Both the position numbers and the translations under genes were made by a program. DNA of 64,000 bases from positions 17,209-81,208 of the forward strand of contig CAWGVG010000007.1 in NCBI GenBank assembly GCA_963825865.1. Reading direction: 5' to 3'. Under the pieces are notes generated by a model that had not been told where the DNA came from, did no database searches, and saw only the letters and a list, made by a program, of their open reading frames with translations. Numbering within the stretch: position 1 is the first letter of the stretch; every line of letters begins with the position of its first letter. The DNA is from an uncultured Nitrososphaeraceae archaeon. GTDB taxonomy: Archaea; Thermoproteota; Nitrososphaeria; Nitrososphaerales; Nitrososphaeraceae. Shown here piece after piece: positions 10,971-20,530 of the stretch.

Positions 10971-11214
10971 AGTAATTCAACACTTCTGTGGCTGCGCTTG
11001 CATCTGTCTGTTGGTAGGTGAGAGAAGAATTGGTTTGAGGGCCTATCTTCTTCTCAACCTCGTAACTGTGACAAGGACAAATACATCTAACAATGAATGT
11101 TTTTGTAAAATCTACGTATGAACCAGTGCAACTATCACAAGGACAGAGACACGCAGTAACAGTCGCAATTTGTCTTAAATTTTGAGCTTTTGCTTCTTTG
11201 GCCGTTTGGTCCAA
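10951..11214 (-). CDS. Small Cys-rich protein
   Basis: CLCPCDSC and CICPCH motifs. Confidence 0.55.
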   Translation of the reverse strand: MDQTAKEAKAQNLRQIATVTACLCPCDSCTGSYVDFTKTFIVRCICPCHSYEVEKKIGPQTNSSLTYQQTDASAATEVLNYYDYIRE

Positions 11215-11216
11215 AC

Positions 11217-11399
11217 TTACACGGCATCTCCGTTATGTTTGAAGAAAGTTATAGTAGTCCTGCAGTGCGAACACGTGCATACAAATTGATTCGTTCCTGT
11301 ATAAAGCCAAGAATGTCCACAGCGATGGCAAATGACTTGACGCCCTTCCTTCTGGATTATTACTATCCCTTGTATTTTTCCGGGAATAATTTTGCCCAT
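11217..11399 (-). CDS. Zinc-ribbon protein
   Basis: CHRCGHSW.Y.G...CTCSHCRT, typical of archaeal mobile-element DNA-binding proteins. Confidence 0.7.
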   Translation of the reverse strand: MGKIIPGKIQGIVIIQKEGRQVICHRCGHSWLYTGTNQFVCTCSHCRTTITFFKHNGDAV

Positions 11400-11411
11400 A
11401 CACAGTAGTTA

Positions 11412-11436
11412 TATAACACATTAGCGATATGTTATA
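11412..11436. promoter_or_regulatory. Inverted repeat in the divergent promoter region, putative operator
   Basis: TATAACACAT-tagcg-ATATGTTATA (9/10 arms) between divergent genes, overlapping TATA-like TTATATAA. Confidence 0.4.
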
Positions 11437-11460
11437 GGAGATCATTAACGGAGCATTTCA

Positions 11461-12876
11461 TTGAAAACAATCGATACTGGAAAGGACAAAAAATTTGTAG
11501 ACATAGTTTACAAATATGATGCTCTCGGACTTGGATTTAGAGAGCTACAAAGAAAGACTGGCTTCAGTAATGATGGCACTACTTCGCGGATTAAACGTCT
11601 GGTTGAATTTGGTATCTTGGAAAAAGATACACATGGGTACTATCACATAACTAAGAAGACAAAGACCAAATACGAAAATGGAACTATGGTCATACCTTCT
11701 GATATAAGGAGTGAAAAGCATAAGGATAAAAAAATAAGACGTGAAAATGCATACACAATATTAGTATCCAAAGCAGCAGGTGGGGATTATCGTTACAGAC
11801 CTACATTAAAACCACAATACGGTAATTCTTCCATGACTGATGTCAAGACAGGTAAGGATGTAAGTTATTCTGGTTATCATATTCCAGGAGTTGGACTATC
11901 AGACTTTAAAAAAATTAAAGGTCCTGCAACATTAGATAAGAGAATACATGTAGGACAATCAGAATTGTTTGCATACCCAAAAATGGATTTTACAGAATCA
12001 GAAATACAGCAATATATTTACAATCTAAAACATCGTAAATATCCAGTTCTTAAGGAGATTACAATATTTGATCACAAATTTCTTTCTTATGTATTTGATA
12101 TTGACAATGATAATCCAAATTTAATAACATTGAATCGGGAAGGTCATACTACGGAGGGTGAAGAAGGCAAACCCAAACATAGGTTAGTTGTTAAACGGGA
12201 AAAAGAAGAAGATAAACTACAATTTTATCATGATATTTTCTACAATGAAAATAGTCATCACAATGGCGTAGAGATCTGTTCAAAATTGATATTCGATATC
12301 AACAATGAAAGGACAATAAAATCATTAGGATTGTATACTCAATACAATAATGATAATAATGATTTTTCAGCCGAGATATGGCGAGAACAGCGGTACATTA
12401 TTGCAGATCCCTTATTACAGGAGTTCATTATAACATGCTGGACTATTTTAGGTTTTGTCCTTTTTAGAATGAATGAAACATATGTGTATAAACGATGGCC
12501 TAAGCACCGAGTGAGAACAGGTAACGGAATTAGAGATATGTCTATCAAAGTTGGTAAGTCATATGTCTATCACTTGTATATTAAATGGTATAAACGATTA
12601 TTTGGAACGTACAGATTTACCCAGCATAATTTCTCACAGCTTTTAGCAAGAAAAACGAATTTCGAAAAATTGGATAAAAGTACCCAAAAAGAGCAACTTA
12701 CAAATGCAGATGATTTGATAAACTCATATGATAACGGAATAAAGGAAAATTATAAAATCATTATGGGTAACAAATATGTAGCAATACGTGATAAATACAA
12801 AGATGTGGTGACAGCACTACTGGATATAGTATATCCAATGTTTCTAAGGGAACTACATGAGCAACATAAAATTTAA
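11461..12876 (+). CDS. Large protein with N-terminal winged HTH, element regulator or unknown function
   Basis: Intact 471 aa ORF; GLGFRELQRKTGFS..TTSRIKRLVEFGILEK...YHIT. Confidence 0.7.
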   Translation: MKTIDTGKDKKFVDIVYKYDALGLGFRELQRKTGFSNDGTTSRIKRLVEFGILEKDTHGYYHITKKTKTKYENGTMVIPSDIRSEKHKDKKIRRENAYTILVSKAAGGDYRYRPTLKPQYGNSSMTDVKTGKDVSYSGYHIPGVGLSDFKKIKGPATLDKRIHVGQSELFAYPKMDFTESEIQQYIYNLKHRKYPVLKEITIFDHKFLSYVFDIDNDNPNLITLNREGHTTEGEEGKPKHRLVVKREKEEDKLQFYHDIFYNENSHHNGVEICSKLIFDINNERTIKSLGLYTQYNNDNNDFSAEIWREQRYIIADPLLQEFIITCWTILGFVLFRMNETYVYKRWPKHRVRTGNGIRDMSIKVGKSYVYHLYIKWYKRLFGTYRFTQHNFSQLLARKTNFEKLDKSTQKEQLTNADDLINSYDNGIKENYKIIMGNKYVAIRDKYKDVVTALLDIVYPMFLRELHEQHKI

Positions 12877-12920
12877 TGATGACAAACTACCCGTTTTATT
12901 CTGATTGATTAGTCGTATGT

Positions 12921-12943
12921 AAGATACATAATTTATCTATCTT
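12921..12943. terminator. Hairpin between convergent genes (terminator or binding site)
   Basis: AAGATACATAA-t-TTATCTATCTT, 10/11 arms. Confidence 0.3.
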
Positions 12944-12984
12944 GTAACATATCTAAAGCCTAACGACATGGGATAATATTGGCA

Positions 12985-14263
12985 CTAGGCTTTATTATTA
13001 TTATTTAGTATACCGGATTTGTATAGCATTTGTGCTGTTTCGTTTAGCTGATTTTGGTTCGTTATACCTCCAAGTGTAGATATCAAAGTTTGTAATTGTG
13101 ACTGCATTGTATTGAATTGCTCCTTCATTGTCTTAATTTCTTCATCCTTCTCTTGTAGTTTTCCCCTAATAATGTATTCATTATCTTTACTTTTTTGTGT
13201 AAGCTCTGCAACCTGTTTTCCTAATACGACTTTGTCGTTACTAATTGTTAGTAAATCTACTGCTTTCAAATAATCTTCAAGAACTTCCTTTTCTTTAGGT
13301 TTATAATATGACGCGGATACACCAATATTATGGCCCATAGTTATCTCGACGTTAATAGGCCTCATGACCTGCTCTGCATGACTTTTATAAAACTTACGAA
13401 ATCCATGTGCAGCCTTCCATTCATGACGTTTTGCTCCTTCCTTGAGAGGTTGGCGAATCCCCTGTTCCCATAAAGCACGTTCTAAAAGTCGTTTCATACC
13501 GCTGCTTTTGAGCTTCCTTGGATTTGTTGCCAAACCCCATTTGGCTCCATAATCTACATTAGTTGTCTGCCATATATCACGCATCAACCAGGATTCTCCT
13601 GTTACCTTTTCACCATAAGATGCACGAAAGTCCATCCAATCCTTGAGTGAACTGTAAGTCTCAGGTGTGATAAAGGAATAATATTCCTCTCTGTCTCCTG
13701 CATAAACTATTAATTTAGCTGCGATAATTTCACCTGAACTATTAGTCATGGGAATTACATGCTTCCACTGTAAGTAATCCCACGAGCCTATTCTAATCCC
13801 TGATGAAACCATTGTGCAAACAATTGGTTTTATTCTCCTATCGGGATATTCAACCAACTTTTGGATTTCTTGTATTGTTGGTGCTCTGTCGTTAGCGAGC
13901 TTTTCCAGCTCTAGGTAAACCACGGGCTATTTTCTTCCAATTTAAGATTATGTCATTCATTTCACAAAATAGCTTGGTTGCTCTATAGTAATTAGGAATA
14001 GTACATTCTGATATTTCTCTCTTTTTTGACCTTTCAAGTTCATAAGATATGAAGTCTATGAGGGCCTCCTCTGCCCATTGGTAGCTCTCTTTGGCCTTGA
14101 AGAGAAATTCTTTAGCTTGCTCCTCTAAACTGCCTTCAACTCTCAAATAGTCAAGAAATATCCTAAAACGACGCGGGTATTGCCTTCTTGATTCAGCCGC
14201 TTTTAAAGCATACATAAAGACAGCAATTGGATTCTTTTGTTCTACAGCAACTGACGATGTCAA
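12985..14263 (-). CDS. Tyrosine recombinase/integrase, frameshift near 13895
   Basis: Catalytic residues SSGIRIG (R), HGFRKF (HxxR), MGH, ASYY; N-terminal core-binding domain in 13892..14263; adjacent to tRNA 3' end. Confidence 0.9.
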
Positions 14264-14320
14264 TTTCCTATTACCACTACTAATAATAAAGTGGGCTTAA
14301 ATAAAGGGACAAGATTGACG

Positions 14321-14425
14321 CGGGCTCGAAGGGATTTGAACCCTCGACCTGACGCTTAGGAGGCGTCCGCGCTATCCATTCTACGCCTATTTTTTTTTCA
14401 TACTAATAGTCTGCGCCACGAGCCC
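14321..14425 (-). tRNA. tRNA-Arg(CCT) with ~30-nt non-canonical intron in the D-arm
   Basis: Acceptor GGGCTCG/CGAGCCC-G, anticodon arm GACGC-CTCCTAA-GCGTC, T-arm GAGGGTTCAAATCCCTT; 105 nt total. Confidence 0.9.
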
Positions 14426-14635
14426 CAATATTTTGAACATTAATAGCGCCATTTTAAGTGTTTATTATGTATGTCTTTAGTAGAACAAACTCTTGTCGAA
14501 ATCAAAGTACTTCCTCACCTGTAACTCTATGAGTTCTAAAAAGTAGTTTAAATCCGCAATATACTCGATACCGGAAAGTCGTTGAGCTATCCCGAACCTA
14601 GTTTCGTCAACCACGGGAGCATAACCGTAGTTCAT

Positions 14636-14821
14636 TTATTCTGGTTCTGTCTTTGGCGAACCCATATAAGCAGATCGGCCATGGTCGATGTAATCGGAGG
14701 ATATTATTTCATCAAATATTGTTTCATTTTTGTTATTGTATGCGTCAAAGTAGCGTTGAATAATAGCCTTATTCATTTCAATTTGGGACATTATGTCGTT
14801 AGTATTCATAGGGGTGATCAC
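14636..14821 (-). pseudogene. SnoaL/ester-cyclase N-terminal fragment
   Basis: NKAIIQRYFDAYNNKN...DEIISSDYIDH. Confidence 0.6.
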
Positions 14822-14927
14822 TAAAGAAATTGTTAAATAGTTTTACTACGACATCCGGCTGCTCTTCTGCAATATAATGTCCTGAATTTGTAACTGTAAC
14901 ACCCCTGAACATTTTGAGCTAATATTT
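14820..14927 (-). repeat. Degenerate duplicate of the 3' end of the hydrolase gene (17270-17376)
   Basis: ctaaagaaattgtt...gctcttctg...cctgaatttg.aactgtaacaccc present at both loci. Confidence 0.8.
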
Positions 14928-15105
14928 CTTTTCTTTATCGCACAACATAATTGTTGCAAGTTCAGTCATGTACTCTATCCACACTGACCTGACACATAAT
15001 TAATTTTGAAACATAAAAAAAGAAAAAAGCAGGTATATGTTGACCGGCAGTCATTTGTATGTAAATGTACTGTTTTGAAGTAATACCTGTACTGTAGGAT
15101 CAACT

Positions 15106-16383
15106 CTACCAGATTGAGCCATGGCAAAGCAATGAGTTGACATGAACTGCTCGCGCTCCACCAAGCCTATTTTCCCATTTAGGCAACATGTTACTTACAC
15201 AGTTTTCGCCAACCGCATCAATGTATTTGGAGAAAATGAGCCATGGATTGTCAAAACGTCCTACTTGACTTGAAACCTTGCCAAATTGGACTTCCTGGTT
15301 TGCTCTGCCAGCTGCCTTTTCCAAATCAGAAACAAATTCCTTTTGTACTATTACATCATTTCTTGTTCCAAGTCTAGTAAGATGGCCAGCAACAATTGTG
15401 TCAAAGTCATAGTTGTTTAAGGTTATGTCATGAGCTTTGATAAAGCCTGCAGTATCTTTAGCTATTGCCAAATAAGGAAATGGAACCCATCCAGGAAATA
15501 TGACATCAACTAACATGAGTACCTTTTGTTTTGGAGCATAAATGAATATATTTCCAGCTAGATGGTTAACGCCATAGTAGTCTAACTTTAGACTTTGATT
15601 TCCAATCTGCAAGGTGTAGTTCTTGGCAAAAGTAACTGTAGGAATTGGTGGTACCATGGAAGCATTCTTGGCTACACTTTTGGCTCTTTGTAACTCAGCT
15701 GCAGTTTCTTGTTGAGCTATAAAAGTAGCATTCTTTGGGAATATCCCTGCGGCACCTATATGATCTATATGAGCATGACTGTAAATCACATAAGTAACTG
15801 GCTTGTCTGTCACTTCTGCTATGGCTTTGAGATAGTTATTGCCAATTGTTGGAGGAGCATCAACTGCTACAACACCTTTGTCTGTTACCATAAATATAGT
15901 CTGGTAAGCTCCATCAGTTAGCCAATAAAGACCACCCTTAATTTGCTGAACTAGATATCCTTTAGCAGGTATTGGAGGTCCTTTTGTTGCTTCAGGTAGT
16001 TGGATATTAGCACCAGTAGCACTACTATTACTAGACTGCTTTATTGCTTGGGATGCGAATTTAAGATATGCTGTCTCTTCATCTTCTTGAACTAGAGCAT
16101 TTGAACTTTGAATACCAATGAGCTGTTGTTGTTGTGCCATTGCAGTATGATTTTGGTTTAATACTGGTGTAAAAACAAACAATATGCTAATTGTAATAAT
16201 GCCAATCATAAGAAACGTTGTCTCAGGTATATGATGTGAGGAAGCATGGAATGTGGGTTTATCTTTCCCGACCATTACAGAATCTGGTCCTAGGTTTGTT
16301 ATAAAAGTATAGCCTTGCATTGTACCAATCACTATTATGGTTACGAATTTTTCTCGATACTCAATACGTGGCAGACTAATCAA
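15106..16383 (-). CDS. Secreted metallo-beta-lactamase-fold hydrolase; true start probably ~16210
   Basis: SHAHIDH motif, VAVDAP, AGH; signal-like hydrophobic segment ending AMAQQQQ. Confidence 0.85.
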   Translation of the reverse strand: MISLPRIEYREKFVTIIVIGTMQGYTFITNLGPDSVMVGKDKPTFHASSHHIPETTFLMIGIITISILFVFTPVLNQNHTAMAQQQQLIGIQSSNALVQEDEETAYLKFASQAIKQSSNSSATGANIQLPEATKGPPIPAKGYLVQQIKGGLYWLTDGAYQTIFMVTDKGVVAVDAPPTIGNNYLKAIAEVTDKPVTYVIYSHAHIDHIGAAGIFPKNATFIAQQETAAELQRAKSVAKNASMVPPIPTVTFAKNYTLQIGNQSLKLDYYGVNHLAGNIFIYAPKQKVLMLVDVIFPGWVPFPYLAIAKDTAGFIKAHDITLNNYDFDTIVAGHLTRLGTRNDVIVQKEFVSDLEKAAGRANQEVQFGKVSSQVGRFDNPWLIFSKYIDAVGENCVSNMLPKWENRLGGARAVHVNSLLCHGSIW

Positions 16384-16426
16384 TATTACTGCAAATACTA
16401 AATCAGATATTCAATGTTTAAGTGTC

Positions 16427-17233
16427 TTAAACACAATTACAACAACCTTTGCATATTTGGGTCATTAAGGTGTCAACAATCAAAGGCGCGCCAACGGGCA
16501 AGCTTTGTACTCCATATACCAACCGAACATGGCCGGCCTTTGGCCCAAAGATCTGAACAAACAAGTTTGACGCTCCATCCGCCACGGATGCGTGTTCAGC
16601 AAATTGCTCCGTCGTTGCCATCAGCACCGTCAACTTGAGCAGCGCTTTCAGCCGATCGAGGGGGGGCGGAGTGTCAACTATGCCAGGCGAGATTGTGTTC
16701 ACCCGAATACCGTCAGCCAGGAATTCCATCGCCAATGCGCGGTTAAACACCGGAATGGTGGACTTCGTGAGCACAGGGAGCGAAATCGCTGCGCCGGCCA
16801 ACGGCTGATCCGTCAAAACCGTCGAGATGCCTACGATATGGCCGGACTTCTGTTTGCTCATTTGCGCGGCCACTTTTTGCGTGATGAAAAAGTAACCCGC
16901 AACGTTTGTGCCAATCATCAACTCAAAGTCCGCCGGCGTATAGTCGGTGAACGGCTTATTAATGTAGATGCCCGCGTTGTTGACCAGGAGTTCAATGCGG
17001 TCAAAGTGTTTGATGGCGGCATCGGCCACTTTTATGGAGTCCTTTTTGCCAATGTCCCAGTCCACAAGAATGAGGTCGGATGAGGGTTTCAAATCTTTCG
17101 ATTTGCTGATGTTGCGCGAGTTGGCGATCACACGATAACCGTGTTGGAGCAGCGCTTGGGTGATGCCGAAGCCGATACCGCTGGAAGCGCCGGTGACAAT
17201 GGCTACTTGTTTTTCGGTGATAGTTGTATTCAT
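16427..17233 (-). pseudogene. Short-chain dehydrogenase truncated and fused to a RidA/YjgF C-terminal fragment
   Basis: TGASSGIG, NNAG, RVNTISPGIVDTP, then LKLTVLMA...HASVADGASNLFVQIFG..AGHVRLVYGVQSLPVGAPL; visibly GC-richer than the flanks. Confidence 0.75.
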
Positions 17234-17245
17234 AAGGGATAGTTC

Positions 17246-18292
17246 TCATCTAGTTTTAATGGTATTACCGCTAAAGAAATTGTTGAGTAGTTTTACTAGA
17301 AAATCTGGCTGCTCTTCTGGAATAAAATGACCTGAATTTGGAACTGTAACACCCTGAACATTTTGACCTAATATTTTCATTCCATATATGACAGTAGGCA
17401 TAGTAATATTACCTCCGAATGTTGGAATATATCCTCCTCCTAGCGCCAATACTGGCATTGTAAGCTTAGTCTTTGAATAATTCTCATTTTGAATCGCATC
17501 CTGAGGAAAAGCCCGATAGTGCTCAAATCCCGCATGCATTGCGCCTGGAACAGAATAATGGCTAACATATTCATTGATATCTGCTTGCGTTATCGCAGCT
17601 GGATTATACGCAAGATTGTGAAAGAACCATGATAAATACTTCATCTCTTTTCCTTGTACAAGGGCTTCTGGTACGTCCGGTGTTTGATGGAATATGGCCC
17701 ACCATAATGGCATTCTACCAGCAGGTGCGAAACCGGGAATCGTTAATTCCATAACTGCTAACCTCTTTACATCCGCAGGATGTGCAGCTGCATATGAATA
17801 GGTTACCTGTGTTCCGATATCATGACCCACTAGGAAAATTGTTTTAAATCCTAGCTGAGTAACTAGGTGATGTATATCCTCAGCTACGGTTTTGCCATCA
17901 TAACCAGTTGTTGGTTTTGACGAGTCTCCAAGGCCTCGCAGATCAGGCGCAACAACAGTATAGTTCTTGGCTAAAGCTGGCATTACACGATGCCATGCAT
18001 ACCATGTTTCCGGCCATCCATGTAATAAGACTACAGGGTCACCATGGCCTCCAATAACATAGTGCAATTGAATACCATTAACAGATGCCGTACGATGAGA
18101 AAATGTCATGTTAGCCATCTGAAAAGATATACCAGTAGGCTGTTGTTGTTGTTGTTGTGCCATTGCAGTATGATTTTGGTTTAATACTAATGTGCAAACA
18201 AATATGCCGGTTGTAACAATAATAATCGTAAGAAAAATTGCTGTCAAACAAAATGAGAGATAAAGCGAATAGTTGTCCTTTTTTTCATTCAT
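17246..18292 (-). CDS. Secreted alpha/beta hydrolase (epoxide hydrolase/haloacetate dehalogenase-like)
   Basis: LLHGWPET, PDLRGLGDS, GHDIG nucleophile, SGHFIPEE. Confidence 0.9.
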   Translation of the reverse strand: MNEKKDNYSLYLSFCLTAIFLTIIIVTTGIFVCTLVLNQNHTAMAQQQQQQPTGISFQMANMTFSHRTASVNGIQLHYVIGGHGDPVVLLHGWPETWYAWHRVMPALAKNYTVVAPDLRGLGDSSKPTTGYDGKTVAEDIHHLVTQLGFKTIFLVGHDIGTQVTYSYAAAHPADVKRLAVMELTIPGFAPAGRMPLWWAIFHQTPDVPEALVQGKEMKYLSWFFHNLAYNPAAITQADINEYVSHYSVPGAMHAGFEHYRAFPQDAIQNENYSKTKLTMPVLALGGGYIPTFGGNITMPTVIYGMKILGQNVQGVTVPNSGHFIPEEQPDFLVKLLNNFFSGNTIKTR

Positions 18293-18426
18293 TACGAGAT
18301 CTGTTTCACTGGCATGTAATAAGAATAGTGGTAATTGGAACTAACACGCAAAGGATCAACTTATTGATTTAGGGAAACTTGCTGTCAAAGACTAACACTA
18401 TTCTTGGGGGCTGAGCTCAGTTGAGG

Positions 18427-18900
18427 TTATAATAACAGTGACAAACTTCTTCCTTTTCTAAAGAAATCAGCTTCGACTAGTAAAATGAATTTGCGGTTAT
18501 CCAACGCTCTGTAGGCGTCTATGTGGTTCGAAGGATACGCCTCAATTCTGTTGCCATTTAGCTCCAATACCGTTTCCTTATTGGCAAAAGTTAACCCCAG
18601 CTTTCGCTCAAACAATGATTTCATTCTCTTAATCAGCATGATGGCAATGTCTATGTTAGGGCCTGTAACAATGCACATCTGTGAATTTCTATAATCGTTA
18701 TTTCTCAAGCATAGCCATGCCATAAACCGCAGAAAGAATTCTGTTACTCCTAATCCTGTTGCCTTCTTTATCCAAAGGTGCTTATCCTTGAAATCATGGT
18801 TCAGCGGATTACAAAAGTCTGGAGAAAGCAAAGCCTCATACAACAATTCTTGGTAATCGAAAATTGGCTTTTCCAATCCCTCTTTTGCCATACATGACAA
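18427..18900 (-). pseudogene. Terminase large subunit ATPase-domain fragment
   Basis: DYQE Q-motif, WIKKATGLGVTE Walker-A-like, FILLVEADFF degenerate Walker B; truncated at both ends. Confidence 0.6.
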
Positions 18901-18981
18901 CTCCTTTTATATACAACTTTTATATGATGGCAGAAATCACTCAAATGTGTCGCAACAATAATTAAAAAACTTGAATTGTTG

Positions 18982-19520
18982 TTATTTCTCCAGTTTGTTC
19001 TTCCTGTTTTTCTTCTCCTTCTTTATCTGAGCTTTCGTTCTCATCATCATAATCAGCTCTTTAGATTCTTTGTTGTCGTCTTCATTGCCACCATCAGAAG
19101 AAGAAAAAGATGACCTTTTTATTTGATCTTCTTTATCTTTATCTTTATCTTTGGACTTTCCAGATTCTGATACAGACCTTATGGCGTCATCGACTACTGT
19201 AGCATTTGTAAGCAAGTCTAGCTTCATAGAATAGCATTCTTTGGCTAATGACAAAGATTGTATCTTCTCTCTTCTGTCTTCTGCATGCTCCGAAGTATTC
19301 CATGCTTCCCTTAGAATTGCAGTCAACCCAACCAGACATTTCTGGTACTCTTCTGGCAGCCTTTCATCAATATATCTTCTGATGTTGGACTTTGCCTGCT
19401 GTCTAAGGTATGATAGGTCTCTGTTAACAGCACCATTAGATACCTGTAATGTCTGTGCTATCTCCCTCTGGCTATGTCCCTTGCTGCTTAGCTCCTGAAC
19501 TTTGTTTCTGTGCCTTGTTT
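18982..19520 (-). pseudogene. HTH protein upstream of terminase fragment, terminase small subunit-like
   Basis: RNKVQELSSKGHSQREIAQTLQVSNGAVNRDLSYLRQQAK followed by ORF 18982..19326. Confidence 0.55.
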
Positions 19521-19885
19521 ATCTTCAATTTGCAAGCTCAAGTGTTCAATTTCACCATGCTTCTTTTAATCGGCTAAACTTGTCTTTATTCGTTTTTGTA
19601 ATAGATTTAAAAATTAATACTTGCAAGATATTGATTTTCATAGTTAGGCTCCTTCAGAGTGTAGCAGTAAGCCGGAGCTGACGCTGATACTGAGGTATTA
19701 ACACTAGATTTAACTGCAGTAACCATACGCATATACGCATATACTCTTATGTAGTAGAATTACAAATTAATGGAAATGGTAAGGAACAGAACAAAACATT
19801 GGCCAACATGAAGGTAAGGATTTGGTTAATTGTAGACCTGATACATCTATGGGAACTAGATTCCTAGATCATTGCAAAAGCTAAG

Positions 19886-20074
19886 GTGTACCCACGGCGT
19901 ACAGATGACACGGGTAAATGGAAGTATGTGTCAAACCCTTATTTTATAAATTCGGAATTTTTAGAGGAAGCCATTAAGACAATGAAGGAGCACGGAGTTA
20001 GATTTGACGTTACAGGTGAGTCTAATTATTTTCCTGGCAGGACTTTTCAAATAAGATTCGAAAAGTTAAGATGA
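19886..20074 (+). CDS. Small hypothetical protein or fragment
   Basis: ORF track only. Confidence 0.3.
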   Translation: MYPRRTDDTGKWKYVSNPYFINSEFLEEAIKTMKEHGVRFDVTGESNYFPGRTFQIRFEKLR

Positions 20075-20280
20075 CTGGCAATATCCGACAAAAAGTTATT
20101 AGAACTCCGACGTTGTGGTGCCTACAATGAACCAGGGAGAATTTCACCCATTTCAATACCAAAAGGAACTTTCGTTATTTTGTGAGGAGAACATTATTCA
20201 GTTCGAAGCTTACGGCCCGTTGACCATAAGATGAATAGCCTTAATCTTTACAACTATCCAACGGTTTGTTGTGTCGGTTG

Positions 20281-20481
20281 TTATTTTGTTGTAATGAAAT
20301 TACACAGCACTTTATCCATGTCTTTTAAAACCAATTCACAATATTTGCTTGTAGTAAAACCTTCAATTGCTAAACTAACCTTCATTTGTATTTCAAGATC
20401 ATCCTCATTTTTCTTAGTAGTAGAAGTTGCTTCTGCTGCTGTTAATGTTGCTTCTAATGATTTGTTTGACCGCCTGGCCAT
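20281..20481 (-). pseudogene. Possible integrase N-terminal fragment
   Basis: KVSLAIEGFTTSKYCELVLKD resembles the N-terminus of Nitrososphaerales integrases (from memory). Confidence 0.35.
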
Positions 20482-20530
20482 AATACATGTATCCTAGTCT
20501 GGTGTACAAAAATACATTTAATAATAATTT

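Larger units (their letters stand above)
4893..14425 (-). mobile_element. tRNA-Arg(CCT)-integrated element with integrase and replication module; left boundary uncertain
   Basis: Integrase abuts the tRNA 3' end; co-oriented helicase, PolB, SSB-like and primase genes; no att duplication found by eye. Confidence 0.8.

Noticed and set aside
1-14320. Distal att duplication of the tRNA-Arg(CCT) 3' end
   Set aside because: No copy of CGGGCTCGAAGGGATTTGAACCC found by eye; it may be decayed or outside the window.
4893-14425. Casposon or pipolin
   Set aside because: No Cas1 gene or terminal inverted repeats bounding the element are seen. The PolB is accompanied by a primase and helicase, which argues against a protein-primed or primer-independent type; phylogeny is needed to be sure.
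16592-17083. 163-aa plus-strand ORF
   Set aside because: Antisense shadow of the GC-rich SDR; the same applies to most opposite-strand ORFs over the helicase, trpB and metH.
19724-19745. Short tandem repeat catacgcatatacgcatatac
   Set aside because: Too short and isolated to assign a function.
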